Assembly (NCBI GenBank): GCA_000320545.1
Contig: ADNK01000273.1
Coordinates: 1 to 41,643 of the forward strand
Direction of reading: 5' to 3'
Source: Bigelowiella natans CCMP2755
Taxonomy: Eukaryota; Protista; Cercozoa
Length of the DNA stretch: 41,643 bases
The notes beneath the pieces are model-generated. The model did not search any database, was not told the origin of the DNA, and saw only the letters and a list, made by a program, of their open reading frames with translations. Each line of letters starts with the position of its first letter. The stretch's first letter is position 1. Below, piece after piece: positions 37,625 through 41,643 of this stretch. The position numbers and the translations under genes were made by a program.

Positions 37625-38451
37625 TGTGCCACGCCAGTAGGAAGTTTGGGCACATAGCTAAGGCTGGTACCATCACTGTTTGGTTCTTACCTGAGAATAT
37701 TTGAACGAGCGAAAGTAGTACCTAGTGTGAGATGATACCACCCTTTGTTATATAGTTTTTCTGTTGAAGTAGCAGAATGAACAGAAGCATTATCACATCA
37801 CACCATTGCGCTGCTATCGCAGTGCACAGTCATCATACTTACAGGATCAGGTTGGTGATTATGGTGCGAGAGCCCTCCCACACGCTAGCACGGCACAGTC
37901 CAGGAATGCTTTGCAATGCACGTTGCGGCATTGCTAAGAGCTAGAGCTGCGAGAATTTGGCGCCGCCATCATCGCTCCCCTATGCATATAGTTTTTGTCT
38001 AAATGATAGACATGCAATATGATCTATATATAACATCTAACCTAGTCCCATCAGCTACGTACATGTGTTGTTCACGTCGAGTGGTGCAGCGCATGAGCAA
38101 TAGAACGCGCGAATCGTTGCATTTAGTACTCGCGAGGCAAGAATAAAGACTATAGATATAGATACAACACTGCGTATGCATCGCATGTATTGATGCACTG
38201 TGTCTTTTGTACCGCAAGGTCAGCAGTGTTTGCAGTCATTGCCCGTCGCACGTGCATGTGCAATTGTATGTTCTCTAATGCACCAACTTTGACATAAATT
38301 GTGTATACATACACGGAAATCATAAATTAGACGGAAAATATGAAATACTTAGCGTATTCACGAAGTGGTGAGCATATCGCCTGCTTTTACTTAAAATATT
38401 CGTATATGTGACGACTGTCAATATACGACCTGTAGCTAGCACCCGCTTATA

Positions 38452-40149
38452 TTACTTTCCAAAACCGAGCATACTTAGAGGGTTTATTGTTGAGAGGAAT
38501 CCACCGGTGCCCCCCCCACTCTTATTATCAGTTTTTAGTGGGCCCACGTACATCTCCTCAGACGCCCATCTCACGGCCGCGCCGCTGATTGGAAGAGTAG
38601 TGAATAAATTAACAATAAAGAACGGTGATAAACATGTCTATCAATTTGGGTGAAAAAAAGTTTACTGGGGGTAATGGAACATCCGAAATTGCGATGTGGC
38701 GTCTTTTCCTGCTATTTTCTCGAGTATCTAAATGAAGAGGGGGGTGTGGAAGGGGAAGGAAAGTGGAAATAATAGTATGTGATTGATGTGATTGATGCAA
38801 CCGGGGGGGAAGAGATAAGGATTGAGAGAAGGAAAGAGAATGAGAAAGAAAGAGAGAGAGAGTAGAAAAGAGAGAGAGTAGAAAATAGAGCTCGAGTCCG
38901 TTTATTTTCCAACTAGATTCATTCATCGTCGCCATCATTTTGCTGCAGCTAACGTCAGACTTACTTTCGTCCCTCCAGGATGCCTCTTCTTGCCTTCGAT
39001 CAACGGGTTTAGATTCAACACATGTCCGGCAACGATGCACCAGGCGTCCTGCATGATGGTGGTTTGCATATGAAGAGGAATGAGCGCAGTAGCAAGTTCG
39101 TTAGGTGTTGGAGTCGATGATGACAACAACAGCCCCTTATATATTTGAGAGCTTGGCGCTGTGTTACTGTATGGGTTTTTAAGCAGCACTATTTCTGTGT
39201 TCTTCTTCTTGTTATTATTATTCTTCTACTTTAAGCCTCACCTCTGCAGTGGAGTGCTTCTCTACTTCTTCCACAGTGATAGGATCTAACTTTTCCTGTA
39301 GGAAGGGCAACCGTGCGAAAACAAAAGGGCGGATGGTGATAGATGCAATAACTGGTAATAGAGCGAGTGATTGCATGTGTGTGTGTGTGTGTGTGTGTGT
39401 ATGGTTTTGGGGGGTGAAGGCATCACATACTCGGCCTATCAAGATGCTTGGTACTAACCTTTCTCTGGGCTATATTGTGGACAAGCTGCTGGAGAGAACT
39501 CCTCTTTACTCCGTCTCCTACATGTGACACAATGCGTACATATGAGCACCAACCGGGTGATGGGATGATCGTTTTAATGATGATCCTTTGTACCCCTTTG
39601 CCTTCGGGTTGCTCTTGGAGCACGGAATGGACGACTTGAATCCTTCTTATTTGTATTCTTCGCCTCGATTTCTGCCGTTGAAGGTTTCTCTCCTGTGTTT
39701 TTGGTATTCATTGCAGCTGCCGTCGCTATCTTCTTCGGCTGGTCCTGCTTCCCGGAGCCCTCTGTATTCTGAGAAGTTGTTCCATTTTGTGAAGCCGTAG
39801 AATTGTCATTTGTTAGGGAGGTTTGATAAGCTTGGTATCAGTGGGCGAGGGAGGTAAATGGTGAAGGAAAACCTCCACGGTGCTGTTGAATTGAATGGAC
39901 GCGAACGAACGACGTCCGTGATGCCATGCATGTCATCGGAAAGAATTGAGTGATGATGGTGCCCTCAAATGATACCTTTGGCAGCGAATCTGTGTTGCTA
40001 TCGTCGCTGCGGCCTTTCTCTTCGCGACCCTTCGAAGCTTGGTTCTGGTTGGCAGAGGGGGGCTCCATTAGTCTCTGTCCTCCTCGGAATGCTTTGGGTT
40101 CGAGGAAGTGAGGCAGGGAGGCAGACGACTGGATTCTGCTGGTTCTCAT
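38452..40149 (-). CDS. Cytochrome b5-like heme-binding domain protein with low-complexity N-terminus, multi-exon; start uncertain
   Basis: Spliced exons give ITVEEVEKHSTAE-DAWCIVAGHVLNLNPLIEGKKRHPGGTK-ILEKIAGKDATSQFRMFHYP-HGAAVRWASEEMYVGPLK...LGFGK*. Both heme-ligand His residues (HPGG and FH) are present. Confidence 0.85.
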
Positions 40150-40614
40150 TATTTTTTCTCTTGGTCTACAATTACTACCAGAACTATCTTACGGGAGAAA
40201 TTGACTGTTGTTACGACTAAATCGGCATGTGTTTTACTACTACGACAGCGATGCGAACCTCATATTTCTAGGATTTCTAGATTTCAAGATTTATAATTTA
40301 GTCGTATCGCAGTTGAGAAACCAACAAGAGAGCTTTCAAACCAACTTTTTCATGGCAAACTAGAAAAAGACGATTTATTTTACACAACGACAAAATTTTT
40401 GGGATGTCGCGTATTAAAATTTGCAAGTGATCGCTATGCTGTTTATTCCAAGAAACACCGAAAGAAATCAAAAGTACTTTCCAAGCAGCTAGCTGTTCAA
40501 CGTGATCATAGATCATAGCTTCAACGCCACGCAGGAAGCTACTACTGCCTTCAATTCGATCAAAGTTGCAACATTTTCCTATTCGCCTCAAGGTAAGATT
40601 GATTCATTGTAACA

Positions 40615-41643
<1,029 letters not shown>

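Overview
Intron-rich, microsatellite-rich eukaryotic nuclear DNA. It is protist-like; the organism cannot be fixed from sequence alone. I can support 12 protein-coding genes, most assembled by hand across GT-AG introns that the ORF track misses: a RanBP2-zinc-finger/RING protein (+, probably 5' partial), an acidic-repeat/Q-rich protein (-), a PH + ubiquitin-like protein (+), a fibrillin-like protein (-), a YdjC/ChbG deacetylase (+), a PP2C phosphatase (-), separase (+), a small possibly mitochondrial membrane protein (+), an ankyrin-repeat protein (-), an MFS transporter (+), a cytochrome b5-domain protein (-) and enolase (+, 3' partial). I found no rRNA, tRNA, CRISPR array or intact transposon. 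The most unusual signal is non-coding. Two sharply bounded intergenic islands (~2990-4100 and ~25240-26490) have lost nearly all TpA dinucleotides except those in CTAG, while TpG/CpA are abundant and CpG is retained. This pattern suggests a localized, context-specific T:A->C:G mutational process rather than CpG decay or RIP. Genes alternate strand strictly except at the stronger island. A TGTCGCA motif recurs in the divergent promoter spacers. Exon boundaries and all counts were read by eye and are approximate.
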